From NCBI GenBank assembly GCA_902553675.1, contig CACDLV010000001.1, positions 1,080-65,079 on the forward strand: a DNA stretch of 64,000 nucleotides, read 5' to 3'. Within the stretch, counting starts at the first letter, position 1; the number at the start of each line of letters is the position of its first letter. The stretch is from an uncultured Pelagibacteraceae bacterium (GTDB taxonomy: Bacteria > Pseudomonadota > Alphaproteobacteria > Pelagibacterales > Pelagibacteraceae). The notes under the pieces were generated by a model. That model was not told the DNA's origin, ran no database searches, and saw only the letters and a list, made by a program, of their open reading frames with translations. Below, one piece after another: positions 32,345-41,934 of the stretch. Both the position numbers and the translations under genes were made by a program.

Positions 32345-33883
32345 TTATAGCTTGTTGTCTTCCATTTTGACACCAACAGCATAGGCATCTTGAACTGCTT
32401 TTTTACCTACTCTGCTTACAATTGCTTCCCACTCTTTAGCAACTTCGTCTAAAGCTTCTTGAGGAGATAATTGTCCTGCTAAAGCTTTTGAAGTTCCTGT
32501 AGCAACAGCACTTGTAAATTCAAATACACCTGGAACTCTTAGAGGGAAAACTCTGTTATTACTTTTTTCCATATCTAAAAGTGTTTGAGTGTAACTGTTA
32601 GCGATCTCTGGATCCCAACCCATACTATTAATATAAATGTTAGGGTCAAAGTCTGAGTTTTTAAATGGGTTAACACCAAATCTACCAATAGCTAAATCAG
32701 CTTGGTGGTTTGCACCATTAGAAAAGAAGCAAAGATAATCAAATGCCATATCTTTTACTTTACTTTTCTTAGCAACACCTACAGCCCAACCCCAAACAAT
32801 GTAAGGAGCTTGGTTGTATTGGTTTTCCCAGCTATTTGAAACTCTGTTCCAAACTCTATCAGCGCCTGGAAGTGGAGCTGCACCAACTTTATTTTTAATT
32901 GGGCTATCATCTTGCATTGCTGCAATAAATGCATCGTCCCAAGAGAAACTAAATAAAGTTTGTCCACCACCAAATGATCCGATTTCATCACCTAGACCAA
33001 AGTTAGTTCCTCCTGGAGGAACATATTTAGTAGCTTCAACCCAATCAGTTAATGCTTCAACAAAACCTGGGTTATTGATGTTTGGTTTCATAGTTTCTAA
33101 ATCAAAAAAGAAACCACCTGGAGTTCTAGGGTTTTTAGCATAAGCAACTGATCTGCTGAAAAAAGCTGCAAACATTAAGTCATCTTTTTTCATAACTTCA
33201 GCTGAACCATATTCTTTTTCACCATCTCCATCCCAATCCCAATCATTGAAATATTTAGCCATTTGAGCGTATTCTTTCCAAGTTCTTGGAACTCTTAACT
33301 CATTACCTGTATCAGCTTTATATTTCTTCTGCATTTCTGGATTATCAATGACATCTTTTCTATATTTTAGATAATGTCTGTCACCATCAACTGGGTATTG
33401 ATACATAGTTCCATCCCAAGATGATACACCCATATGAGATTTAGTTACGTCTTTCATCTCAGGTGAGTTCATATACTTCTTAGGAACTGGTGCTAAATAT
33501 CTTTTCCAGTCATTGATGAAGTTAGAAAATCCAAACACAACATCGTAAGGAGCTTGTCCAGCTTGGAAAGGAACCATTGCTTTTGAGTACAAATCACCTG
33601 CTGGTGTATGTGTAACTTCAACTTTTGCGCCGGTTAATTTCTCAAACTGTTCAGCGTGTAAAGCTGTTGGCTCTCCCATTACTGGAATTGCGTGCGTGTT
33701 TATTTTAAGAGTTTTTCCTTTGTAATTTTTCTTAGACATCTTCTCATAAGAACAGTCACCAGGAATATCTCCTGTAGCTTTGATATGTGGAAACTGATCG
33801 CTCCACTTATCAGCATATGCCATAGGACTAAATATCATTAAACTTGATATAATAGCCGTCAAGCAGGTTTTCATTAGTTTCAT
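32345..33883 (-). CDS. CUT1 extracellular solute-binding protein
   Basis: Signal peptide ending AYA; YPVDGD..YRKD, PRTWKEY; C-terminal SPQEALD; 512 aa. Confidence 0.9.
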   Translation of the reverse strand: MKLMKTCLTAIISSLMIFSPMAYADKWSDQFPHIKATGDIPGDCSYEKMSKKNYKGKTLKINTHAIPVMGEPTALHAEQFEKLTGAKVEVTHTPAGDLYSKAMVPFQAGQAPYDVVFGFSNFINDWKRYLAPVPKKYMNSPEMKDVTKSHMGVSSWDGTMYQYPVDGDRHYLKYRKDVIDNPEMQKKYKADTGNELRVPRTWKEYAQMAKYFNDWDWDGDGEKEYGSAEVMKKDDLMFAAFFSRSVAYAKNPRTPGGFFFDLETMKPNINNPGFVEALTDWVEATKYVPPGGTNFGLGDEIGSFGGGQTLFSFSWDDAFIAAMQDDSPIKNKVGAAPLPGADRVWNRVSNSWENQYNQAPYIVWGWAVGVAKKSKVKDMAFDYLCFFSNGANHQADLAIGRFGVNPFKNSDFDPNIYINSMGWDPEIANSYTQTLLDMEKSNNRVFPLRVPGVFEFTSAVATGTSKALAGQLSPQEALDEVAKEWEAIVSRVGKKAVQDAYAVGVKMEDNKL

Positions 33884-33909
33884 TATTACCTCTCTCTTCC
33901 TTTACTTAA

Positions 33910-34971
33910 TTACGGAACTAAAACAGCTCGTCCCTTAACTTTACCGTCGTTAAGATCATGGAGCGCCTTATTAGCATCGTCCAATTTATATTCTTGCATG
34001 GATAGCTTTACTTTTCCTCTATCAGCTAACTCCATCAATTCATATAACTCAGACCACGTTCCCACTAAATTTCCTACGATTGTTTTTTCAGAAATAATTA
34101 AATCAACTGCTAATGATTTAATTTCTTCTCCGTATCCAACAATGTAGTAAAAACCACCATTAGAAGTCATTTGAATTCCCATGGCAGTAGATCCCTTTTC
34201 ACCTACAAAATCGATAACAGCTTCTGAACCTTTTCCTTTAGTTAGTTCTTGAACTTTTTCAATTTCGTTTCCATCAATTAAAACTCCGTGATCGCCACCA
34301 AGTTCCATTGCATGTTTTAAAGCTGCTTCAGATTTCTCAACTATAATAATATCAGCAGCACACATTGCTTTTAAACATTGAATAGCAATATGTCCTAAAC
34401 CTCCGGCACCAATTATTGTACAGCTTTGACCTGGCAATAAATGTCTAGTAGCTTTTTTAACAACTCTATAAGCTGTAAGACCTGCATCTGAAAAAGGTGC
34501 AACATCTTTAGGTGCTAAAACTTTTGGAAGCTTAATTAAATTTCTAACACTCGTTTTTAATAGCTCTGAATATCCTCCTTCTTTAATACTTAAACCAGGA
34601 AATGCTCCGGCAGCAGCATGCATATCATTACCTCTTCTACAATCTAAACAAGTACCGCCCGTTCCTGAAATTAATGGGTGTAAAATAACTGGGTCACCTT
34701 TTTTATATTCTGTAACATCCTTACCTACATCTTCTACCCATCCTGCATTTTCATGTCCCATTACACATGGTAACAAAGTTCCATCTGGATCTTGAATATG
34801 TTTCCATACTCCTTCAATTATATGTAAATCTGTTCTGCAAACTCCTGCAGCACCAATTTTAACAATTACATCTGATGCCTTTTCAATCTTTGGATCTGGC
34901 ATTTCTTCACCTGTAACCCAAACTTTTTCTTTCATTTCTGGGTCATACTTGTGCAAAACCTGTGCTTTCAT
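33910..34971 (-). CDS. NAD-dependent zinc alcohol dehydrogenase (MDR family)
   Basis: GVCRTD, GHE, SDAG (Cys/His/Asp catalytic Zn ligands), GAGGLG with acidic residue after beta-2, GRAVL. Strong RBS GGGGGGAG. Confidence 0.92.
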   Translation of the reverse strand: MKAQVLHKYDPEMKEKVWVTGEEMPDPKIEKASDVIVKIGAAGVCRTDLHIIEGVWKHIQDPDGTLLPCVMGHENAGWVEDVGKDVTEYKKGDPVILHPLISGTGGTCLDCRRGNDMHAAAGAFPGLSIKEGGYSELLKTSVRNLIKLPKVLAPKDVAPFSDAGLTAYRVVKKATRHLLPGQSCTIIGAGGLGHIAIQCLKAMCAADIIIVEKSEAALKHAMELGGDHGVLIDGNEIEKVQELTKGKGSEAVIDFVGEKGSTAMGIQMTSNGGFYYIVGYGEEIKSLAVDLIISEKTIVGNLVGTWSELYELMELADRGKVKLSMQEYKLDDANKALHDLNDGKVKGRAVLVP

Positions 34972-35002
34972 CGTTTCTCCCCCCTTTAATTTTTAAAACA
35001 TT

Positions 35003-35062
35003 ATTAAAAAATTGAATTGCACTGGAGTCAATGCCGCTTTTAATTGTTCAATAAGTGGACAA
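35003..35062 (-). promoter_or_regulatory. putative sigma70 promoter of the adh-ABC operon with upstream TGT-N11-ACA palindrome
   Basis: Minus strand TTGACT-N17-TTTAAT (-35 box at 35026-35031); ttgttca-ataag-tggacaa at 35044-35062. Confidence 0.45.
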
Positions 35063-35114
35063 ATACAACCTGTGGTTAGTTGTTGAATACACTATTTTTA
35101 ATTATCTTTTTGAA

Positions 35115-36203
35115 ATGGGAAATTTATCTTCATTAAAAAAAGAGTTTAAAGATATCCTAAAAAAAAGAGGAATGATGTCCTATGAAATGGGCAAGGAGAT
35201 ATCTGATAGTTGGTCAAGATGCATCGCAGAGGGTCTTGATCCATTTAAAGATCCAAAACAAAGCGTAGTATCTTCTATTCAATTAAAAGAGATCAAAGAA
35301 AAAAATGAAGCTCTCAGAAAAATAGTTCTCCCAGAATTGGAACTTTTATACTCACAAATTGCTGGAACTAATTTTATGGTCGCATATTCAGATGAGAATG
35401 GGTTGGTGCTTGATACGATATATGACAAAACTTGTCTTCAAACAGATGTGGGCAAAACTGTAATACCCGGATCAATTTGGGCTGAAAAAGTCTGTGGCAC
35501 TAACGGTTTGGGATTATCTGTAGAATTAAAAAAACCAACAATAGTTTCTGGTAAAGAACATTTTTTTACAGCGCATGAAAATATATCTTGTTTCGCAAGT
35601 CCAATAATTAATTATGATGGTAAGACTATTGGTATAATAGATGCTTCTACTGATTATATGTCTAGAGAACAACATACTCTAGCTTTAGTAAAACTTGCAA
35701 CCAGAAGTATCGAAACAAAATTATTTTTAAAAAAGTTTGAACATGAATTAATTTTATCCTTTCATCCTCGACAAGAATATTTATCAACAACTAGTGTTGG
35801 TTTGTTAGCTGTTAATGGAGATGGTCTTATAGTAGGTGCGAATAGTAATGCAAAAATTATGCTTAATGGATTAGTAGATCTAAAAAACGAAAACTTTAAT
35901 AAAATTTTTACTAATTCATTTTCATCTATTGCATCCGATTTATTAAATAATAAAACTTTAAAAATTACTGATCATTTAGGCTCATCTGTATTTGTGGTTA
36001 AAAGTCAAATTTTTAAGGAAAACAAATTTTTTGAAACAAAAAAAGAAAAGAAAAAGAGCACTTGTAAAAATTGTGAAGATACAAAAATCAAAAGGGAAAA
36101 ATGTACATTAATTAGATCAACATTTAATGAAACAAATAATATCTCTGCAACTTCAAGAAAATTAGGCGTTTCTAGAACGACAATTTATAAACACTTACAA
36201 TAA
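35115..36203 (+). CDS. GAF/PAS-Fis HTH transcriptional regulator (AcoR-like sensor) lacking the AAA+ domain
   Basis: SWSRC, GSIWAE..GTNGLG and EHF GAF motifs; C-terminal NISATSRKLGVSRTTIYK HTH; no GESGTGKE or GAFTGA. ATG at 35115 preferred over GTG at 35055. Confidence 0.85.
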   Translation: MGNLSSLKKEFKDILKKRGMMSYEMGKEISDSWSRCIAEGLDPFKDPKQSVVSSIQLKEIKEKNEALRKIVLPELELLYSQIAGTNFMVAYSDENGLVLDTIYDKTCLQTDVGKTVIPGSIWAEKVCGTNGLGLSVELKKPTIVSGKEHFFTAHENISCFASPIINYDGKTIGIIDASTDYMSREQHTLALVKLATRSIETKLFLKKFEHELILSFHPRQEYLSTTSVGLLAVNGDGLIVGANSNAKIMLNGLVDLKNENFNKIFTNSFSSIASDLLNNKTLKITDHLGSSVFVVKSQIFKENKFFETKKEKKKSTCKNCEDTKIKREKCTLIRSTFNETNNISATSRKLGVSRTTIYKHLQ

Positions 36204-36209
36204 ATTTAT

Positions 36210-37124
36210 TTAATCAATTGGGTAGTCCCAAGCATTACCACCTATAACTTTAGAAATAGCTGAAAAATCTTTAGTATCATTTCCTTCTTTACAAAATTGA
36301 TCATAAATTTCTAGAGCCATTTTTCCTAATGGTGTTTCAGCATTTACGCTTTTCGCACAATCATTTGCAAGTTTAAGATCTTTATTCATCATTCCTGCAG
36401 AAAAACCTGGTCGATAATTATTATTAGAAGGTGTGCCATCAATTAAACCAGGTAAAGGTGGGTAAACAGAAATTGGCCAACTGTTACCAGACGCATTTTT
36501 CATTATTTCATGAACTTTTTTGATATCTATATTTAATCTTTTCGCTAACATTAATGACTCTGAAGCAGCAATCATAGCAATGCCTAGAGCCATATTGTTA
36601 CAAATCTTAGCGCCATTCCCGCTACCTAAATCACCGGCATGAAATATATTTTTTCCCATAATTTTTAACAAAGGTAGAGCTTTTTCATATGCTTCTTTTG
36701 ATCCACCAACCATTATATTTAATGTTGCTTTTTGAGCCCCCATTACTCCACCGCTAACTGGTGCATCAATCATGTTAATCCCTTTTTCTAAAGCTTTTTT
36801 ACCAATCTCAATAGAAGTTTTAATATCAATTGTTGAACAATCAATTAACAAACAATTTTTTGAAACTCTATTTATTATTCCGTTTTCTCCTAAATAAACT
36901 TCTTTAGAATGCTTACCTTCTGGAAGCATAGTTATAACAGTTTCAACATCAGCTGTAATTAAATCATCAAAATTCGATATTGTTTCAAGATTTTTATCTT
37001 TTGCAATTTCGAGCATTTTTTTTGAAACATCAAAAACTTTTACCGTTTTACCTGCCTTCATTAAATTTTCAGCCATCGGACAACCCATGTTGCCAACGCC
37101 AATAAACGCTATTGATTTAGACAT
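36210..37124 (-). CDS. mmsB: 3-hydroxyisobutyrate dehydrogenase
   Basis: FIGVGNMGCPMA, DAPVSGG, AKICNNM, GF...M.KDL. Confidence 0.88.
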   Translation of the reverse strand: MSKSIAFIGVGNMGCPMAENLMKAGKTVKVFDVSKKMLEIAKDKNLETISNFDDLITADVETVITMLPEGKHSKEVYLGENGIINRVSKNCLLIDCSTIDIKTSIEIGKKALEKGINMIDAPVSGGVMGAQKATLNIMVGGSKEAYEKALPLLKIMGKNIFHAGDLGSGNGAKICNNMALGIAMIAASESLMLAKRLNIDIKKVHEIMKNASGNSWPISVYPPLPGLIDGTPSNNNYRPGFSAGMMNKDLKLANDCAKSVNAETPLGKMALEIYDQFCKEGNDTKDFSAISKVIGGNAWDYPID

Positions 37125-38078
37125 TTAATTTACTTTATTTTTACAATTTCCAGTATTGAAGAACTCATCAAGATTATCTATTGCTAAATTGGCCATAGCT
37201 GTACGAGTGTCTTTAGTTGCACTGCCTAGATGTGGAAGTATAAATGCACTTTTGTGATTTAGATACCCTGGGTTTAAATTTGGCTCATTTTTATATACAT
37301 CTAATCCTACTGCATAAACTTTTCTTCTTTCTAAAGCATCTATCATTGCATCGTCATCAACAATATCTCCCCTAGCAACGTTTGTAACTATCGCACCTTT
37401 AGGTAAATATTCTATTGTCTCTTTATTAATCATATCAATCGTTTCCTTAGAAGCGGGACAACAAATCGACAAAACATCTGAAACTGATAACAGGCCTTTT
37501 AAACTATCATGATAAATTGCCCCTTGTTCTTTATCTTCGTTTAGTTTTGATCGATTGTGATAATGAATAATCATCCCTAAAGACTTTGCAACTTTAGCAA
37601 TTTTTTGGCCAATTCTTCCCATTCCTAAAATACCTAACCTTGAACCAGTCAATTGTTTACCAATAAGGTAATCAGCTGACCACTTCCATCCTCCCTGTCT
37701 TGCGCTTTCAATTCCTTCAGAAGCTCTTCTACAAGCTCCAAGTATTAGGAGAATTCCAATTTCTGCTGTCGCATCTGTTAAAACATCAGGTGTGTTTGTA
37801 ACAGCTATTTTTCTTTTTTTTGCTGCTTCTAAATCTATATTTCCAAAACCAACTGCAAAATTTGATATTATTTTTACACTCTCAGGTAATTTATTAATTG
37901 TTTCAGCGTCCATTTTATCTGTTAAGGAAGTTAAAATTCCATCACATCCTTGACTCATTTCTACTACCTTGTTTTGAGAATAAAGCTCATCATTGTCATT
38001 AAAATTTACTTGAAAAATTTTTGATGCTTTTTCTTCACAAGATCTAAGCAACCTTCTAGTGATTAGAATTTTTTTCAT
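37125..38078 (-). CDS. D-2-hydroxyacid dehydrogenase (glyoxylate/hydroxypyruvate reductase type)
   Basis: NTPDVLTDATAE, GMGRIG, NVARG, DVY..EP, PHLGSAT. Confidence 0.9.
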   Translation of the reverse strand: MKKILITRRLLRSCEEKASKIFQVNFNDNDELYSQNKVVEMSQGCDGILTSLTDKMDAETINKLPESVKIISNFAVGFGNIDLEAAKKRKIAVTNTPDVLTDATAEIGILLILGACRRASEGIESARQGGWKWSADYLIGKQLTGSRLGILGMGRIGQKIAKVAKSLGMIIHYHNRSKLNEDKEQGAIYHDSLKGLLSVSDVLSICCPASKETIDMINKETIEYLPKGAIVTNVARGDIVDDDAMIDALERRKVYAVGLDVYKNEPNLNPGYLNHKSAFILPHLGSATKDTRTAMANLAIDNLDEFFNTGNCKNKVN

Positions 38079-38087
38079 ATTTTAAGA

Positions 38088-39461
38088 TTAGTTTAAATCA
38101 AAGATTTTTCCAGGATTCATTATATTATTCGGATCTATAGTTCTTTTGATCGATTTCATTACTGGAATATTGTCAGGATGCTGTTCAAGCAAATACTCTT
38201 TTTTATGAAGTCCTACTCCATGTTCGCCAGTGATGGTTCCCTCAAGTTCTAAAGCTTTTCTTATCAGTGTACCATTAAAAGCTCTAAGTTGTTTATACAT
38301 TTCTTTTTTTGCAGGATCATAAGGTAAAACTACATGAAAATTTCCATCGCCCATATGGCCTACCATTGGGGCTCTAACCCCAAATTCTTTTGCTTTCTCC
38401 TCTGCAAATTTTACACATTCCGTAATTTTTGAAATTGGAACACATACGTCTGTTGAATATACTCTTCCATTATTATTTAAAGCTTTAACAGAATAGTATA
38501 CATCCCACCTTGCTTGCCAAAGTTTATTTCTCTCTTCTAAATCTTTAGCCCATTTAAATGAGCTTCCATTGTTATCTTTTGATAATTCCTCTACAATTTT
38601 TATATTCTCTTTATTTGAAGACTCGGACCCATGGAATTCAAAAAATAAAGTTGGCACTGCTTCAATATCTTTTAATTTAGAGTAGTTTATAGAGATTCCC
38701 ATCTGATCTGCGTTAAGCATTTCAATCCTTGCAATTGGGACACCATACTGAATAACCTGTTGAGCAGTCATTACGGCATCTTCTAAAGCTGGAAAATGAC
38801 ATACCGCGCTCATAATACTTTCAGGAACAGGGGATAATCTTAAGTGAACTTCTGTGATAATACCTAAAGTTCCTTCTGATCCAATAAATAAATTTGTTAA
38901 ATTATAACCTGCTGAAGTTTTTTTAGTTCTTCCACCTGTATTAATGATATCACCATTTGGCAGTACTACTGTTAGACCAGAAATAACCGTCTTCATAGTT
39001 CCATATTTTACTGCCATAGTTCCTGAAGCAGAAGTTGAGGCCATGCCACCTAATGCAGCGTTAGCTCCTGGATCTATTGGGAAAAAAACCCCATCTTCCC
39101 TTAAATATTCGTTTAATTGCTCTTTTGTTACACATGCTTGAACTCTGCAATCAAAATCTTGAGCGTTTACACTCAAAATTTTATTCATTTTTTCTAAACA
39201 GATAGTTATACCATTTTCATTTCCTACAACATTTCCTTCTAAAGATGTGCCTGTGCCATACGGGACCACTGGAATTTTATGTTCATTACAAATTTTTAAT
39301 ATTTTTGATACCTCTTCATTAGTTTCTGGAAAAACTACTGCTTTTGATAAAATCGGATCATAGGTGTCTTCGCCTCTTGCATAATTTCCTCGAGCAGATT
39401 CCGATGTCGAAAACCTAGTGTTTAAAAGATTTTTTAACTCTATCTCAACTTGCTGGTTCAT
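38088..39461 (-). CDS. FAD-linked oxidase, D-lactate dehydrogenase/GlcD-like
   Basis: GTGTSLEG, IDPGA, GSEGTLG, GHMGDGNFH, GEHGVG, NPGK. Confidence 0.9.
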   Translation of the reverse strand: MNQQVEIELKNLLNTRFSTSESARGNYARGEDTYDPILSKAVVFPETNEEVSKILKICNEHKIPVVPYGTGTSLEGNVVGNENGITICLEKMNKILSVNAQDFDCRVQACVTKEQLNEYLREDGVFFPIDPGANAALGGMASTSASGTMAVKYGTMKTVISGLTVVLPNGDIINTGGRTKKTSAGYNLTNLFIGSEGTLGIITEVHLRLSPVPESIMSAVCHFPALEDAVMTAQQVIQYGVPIARIEMLNADQMGISINYSKLKDIEAVPTLFFEFHGSESSNKENIKIVEELSKDNNGSSFKWAKDLEERNKLWQARWDVYYSVKALNNNGRVYSTDVCVPISKITECVKFAEEKAKEFGVRAPMVGHMGDGNFHVVLPYDPAKKEMYKQLRAFNGTLIRKALELEGTITGEHGVGLHKKEYLLEQHPDNIPVMKSIKRTIDPNNIMNPGKIFDLN

Positions 39462-39506
39462 AATTTTAAATATTAATTCTAGTAAAAAAAAATAAAAAAA
39501 TACAGC

Positions 39507-40673
39507 TTATTTAGTAAGCATTTTTTTTATATTTTCCAATGCTTGGGAAATATTATCTCTAGAAGCGGCAAAACTAAATCTCACATAATCCTGACAAGTT
39601 TTTCCAAATGCTGTTCCTGGAACTATAGCTACACCAGCCTCGTGCATCGCTTTTTTACAAAATTCAGAACCATTCATTCCTGTTCCAATCACTTTCGGAA
39701 ATGCATAAAATGCTCCACCAGGTAGACTACATTCTACACCTGGCAAACTGTTAAGACCTTCGTGAATTAGTTTCCTCCTTAAAGTAAATTTTTCCATCAT
39801 TTCATGAATTGAATCATCAGGACCGTCAAGAGCTGCTATACCTGCAAACTGAGCAGCAGCATTTACACACGAAACACTATTTATTAATAATTTATTTACA
39901 TGTTCAACTAAATTTTCAGGCCAAAAACTCCAACCTAGTCTCCAACCTGTCATGGAATAAGCTTTGCTCCAACCTTCAAGTACAATTAATCTATCTCTTA
40001 ATTCTGGATAATTAAAAAATGTTGGCATTTCTTTATCATCAAAAATTTGTCTACTATAAATTTCATCACTTAATATTGTTACATGTGGATGTTTTTTTAA
40101 ACCCTCTGCTAATTTATCAATCTCTGGTTTTTCAACGAAACTTCCTGTTGGATTATTTGGATTGATTAAAATTAACAATCTAGTTTTATCTGTTATTAAA
40201 GATAAAATTTTATCTGCGCTAAATTTAAGATTTTCATCTTCTGTTAAATCATATGGTACAGATGTTGAGCCTGTATAATTTATCATAGACTCATAAATTG
40301 GAAAGGCAGGTGTTGGATGAATTATTTCAACTCCAGGCTCACCAAAACACTGAATTGCATAGTGCATTGTTGGCTTTCCTCCTGGCATTATAAGAATTCT
40401 TTCAGGATCTACATCAGCGCTATATCTTTTTTTGATCCATCTAGTTACTGATTGTCTGCATTCTAAAATTCCATTTGAAAGAACATATCCGTGATGTCCA
40501 TCATCTAAAGCTTTTTTTGCTGCTTCAACAACATGTTTCGGGGTTTTAAAATCAGGTTGACCTAATCCTAAATGAATCATTGGGTTGCCCTGTGCTTCAA
40601 GTTTTTTTGCCTCAGCCAAAACTGAGAAAGCACTCTCTGTTCCTAATCTGTCTAATGACGCTGCTAATTTCAT
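39507..40673 (-). CDS. PLP-dependent class I aminotransferase
   Basis: GQPDF, NPNNPTG, SDEIY, SKAYSMTGWRLG; ATG at 40673. Confidence 0.93.
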   Translation of the reverse strand: MKLAASLDRLGTESAFSVLAEAKKLEAQGNPMIHLGLGQPDFKTPKHVVEAAKKALDDGHHGYVLSNGILECRQSVTRWIKKRYSADVDPERILIMPGGKPTMHYAIQCFGEPGVEIIHPTPAFPIYESMINYTGSTSVPYDLTEDENLKFSADKILSLITDKTRLLILINPNNPTGSFVEKPEIDKLAEGLKKHPHVTILSDEIYSRQIFDDKEMPTFFNYPELRDRLIVLEGWSKAYSMTGWRLGWSFWPENLVEHVNKLLINSVSCVNAAAQFAGIAALDGPDDSIHEMMEKFTLRRKLIHEGLNSLPGVECSLPGGAFYAFPKVIGTGMNGSEFCKKAMHEAGVAIVPGTAFGKTCQDYVRFSFAASRDNISQALENIKKMLTK

Positions 40674-40777
40674 AATAAAATAAATTCGCAAACTAAACGA
40701 AAAATACTTTTTTGTCTATTCTGTTTTCAAAAATAAACTTAACTACAGTATAAATAATTAGCTAAAATTAAGCGAAT

Positions 40778-41929
40778 TTAGTTTCGATATATTATTTTTG
40801 ACGCATCAAGATCTTTAACAGATTTACATCCCATTAGAACCATATTTCGTCTAATTTCTTTTTGCATGTTTCCTAATAATCTCTCAACTCCTTTTTGTCC
40901 TCCAGCACCTAAACTAAAAAGAAACGCTTTTCCAAAACTACATGCTGTTGCGCCTGCAGCTAATGCCTTTAGCACATGTGTTCCTCTTCTTACTCCACCA
41001 TCTAAAATGATTTCCAGTTTATCACCGACTGCATCAGATATTGCTTTAACTTGATCAAAAGGAGATCTAGATCCATCAAGCTGCCTTCCTCCATGGTTTG
41101 AAATCATTATTGCAGTACAGCCAATATCAATTGCTTTCTTGGCATCTTCAACAGACATAACTCCTTTTAGTGCCATTGGTTTGTTCCATTTTTTTATACA
41201 ATATTCAGCATCCTTCCAGTTCATCGCAGGATCATACTGCTCATTTATATAATCCATTACTGATTTAGCAATATTTGTACCTTTATCAGTTTTATTTTTT
41301 ATGTTCGCCAGTTCAAATTTTTTATTTGTAAAATATTTAAAAACCCATCCAGGTCTCATAGCAAAACTTAACAAACTATCAAAAGTAAATTTTGGTGGTG
41401 TTGTAAATCCAGTTCTATGATCTCGTTCTCTATTACCAGCTACAAGTGTATCAACCGTGATACACATACCATCAAAATTTGCTCTAGAACATCTTTCAAT
41501 TAAATCATCTGTGATTGATTTGTCTTTATGAATATATAGCTGAAAAAGTTTTGGACCACTTGAAATATTTGCCACTTCCTCGATTGAAAAGGAAGCCATA
41601 GTAGACATACTATAAATAGTATCAAATTTTTCAGCAGCTCTTGCAGATGCTTTATCACCCTCTGGATCATATAAACTTTGCATAGCTGTCGGAGATAAAA
41701 ATAATGGCATACTAATTTTTCTACCAAATACTGTAGTTGATAAATCTGGCTCACCAACGCTGTTGAGAATATTTGGGACTAAATCGCAGTCATTAAATGC
41801 ATCTGTATTTCTATTAAGAGTTACTTCATCATCAGCACCACCATCAATGTAATGAAAAATAGGAGCTGGTAATTTTTTTTTTGCTAATTTTCTAAAGTCT
41901 TCAAAATTATAACAATCATTTATGTTCAT
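40778..41929 (-). CDS. lldD: FMN-dependent alpha-hydroxy-acid dehydrogenase (L-lactate dehydrogenase type), paralog 2
   Basis: SNHGGRQLDG, DGGVRRG, GNRERD. Confidence 0.85.
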   Translation of the reverse strand: MNINDCYNFEDFRKLAKKKLPAPIFHYIDGGADDEVTLNRNTDAFNDCDLVPNILNSVGEPDLSTTVFGRKISMPLFLSPTAMQSLYDPEGDKASARAAEKFDTIYSMSTMASFSIEEVANISSGPKLFQLYIHKDKSITDDLIERCSRANFDGMCITVDTLVAGNRERDHRTGFTTPPKFTFDSLLSFAMRPGWVFKYFTNKKFELANIKNKTDKGTNIAKSVMDYINEQYDPAMNWKDAEYCIKKWNKPMALKGVMSVEDAKKAIDIGCTAIMISNHGGRQLDGSRSPFDQVKAISDAVGDKLEIILDGGVRRGTHVLKALAAGATACSFGKAFLFSLGAGGQKGVERLLGNMQKEIRRNMVLMGCKSVKDLDASKIIYRN

Positions 41930-41934
41930 GATTA

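Noticed and set aside
28410-33883. Firm call as a glycerol ABC transporter (glpSTPQUV)
   Set aside because: Only the ATPases look Glp-type; no glpK, glpD or glpU is present, so the substrate is left open.
35017-35037. Possible sigma54 promoter (CGGCAT...GTGCA) upstream of adh
   Set aside because: GG-to-GC spacing is 13 nt rather than the required 10.
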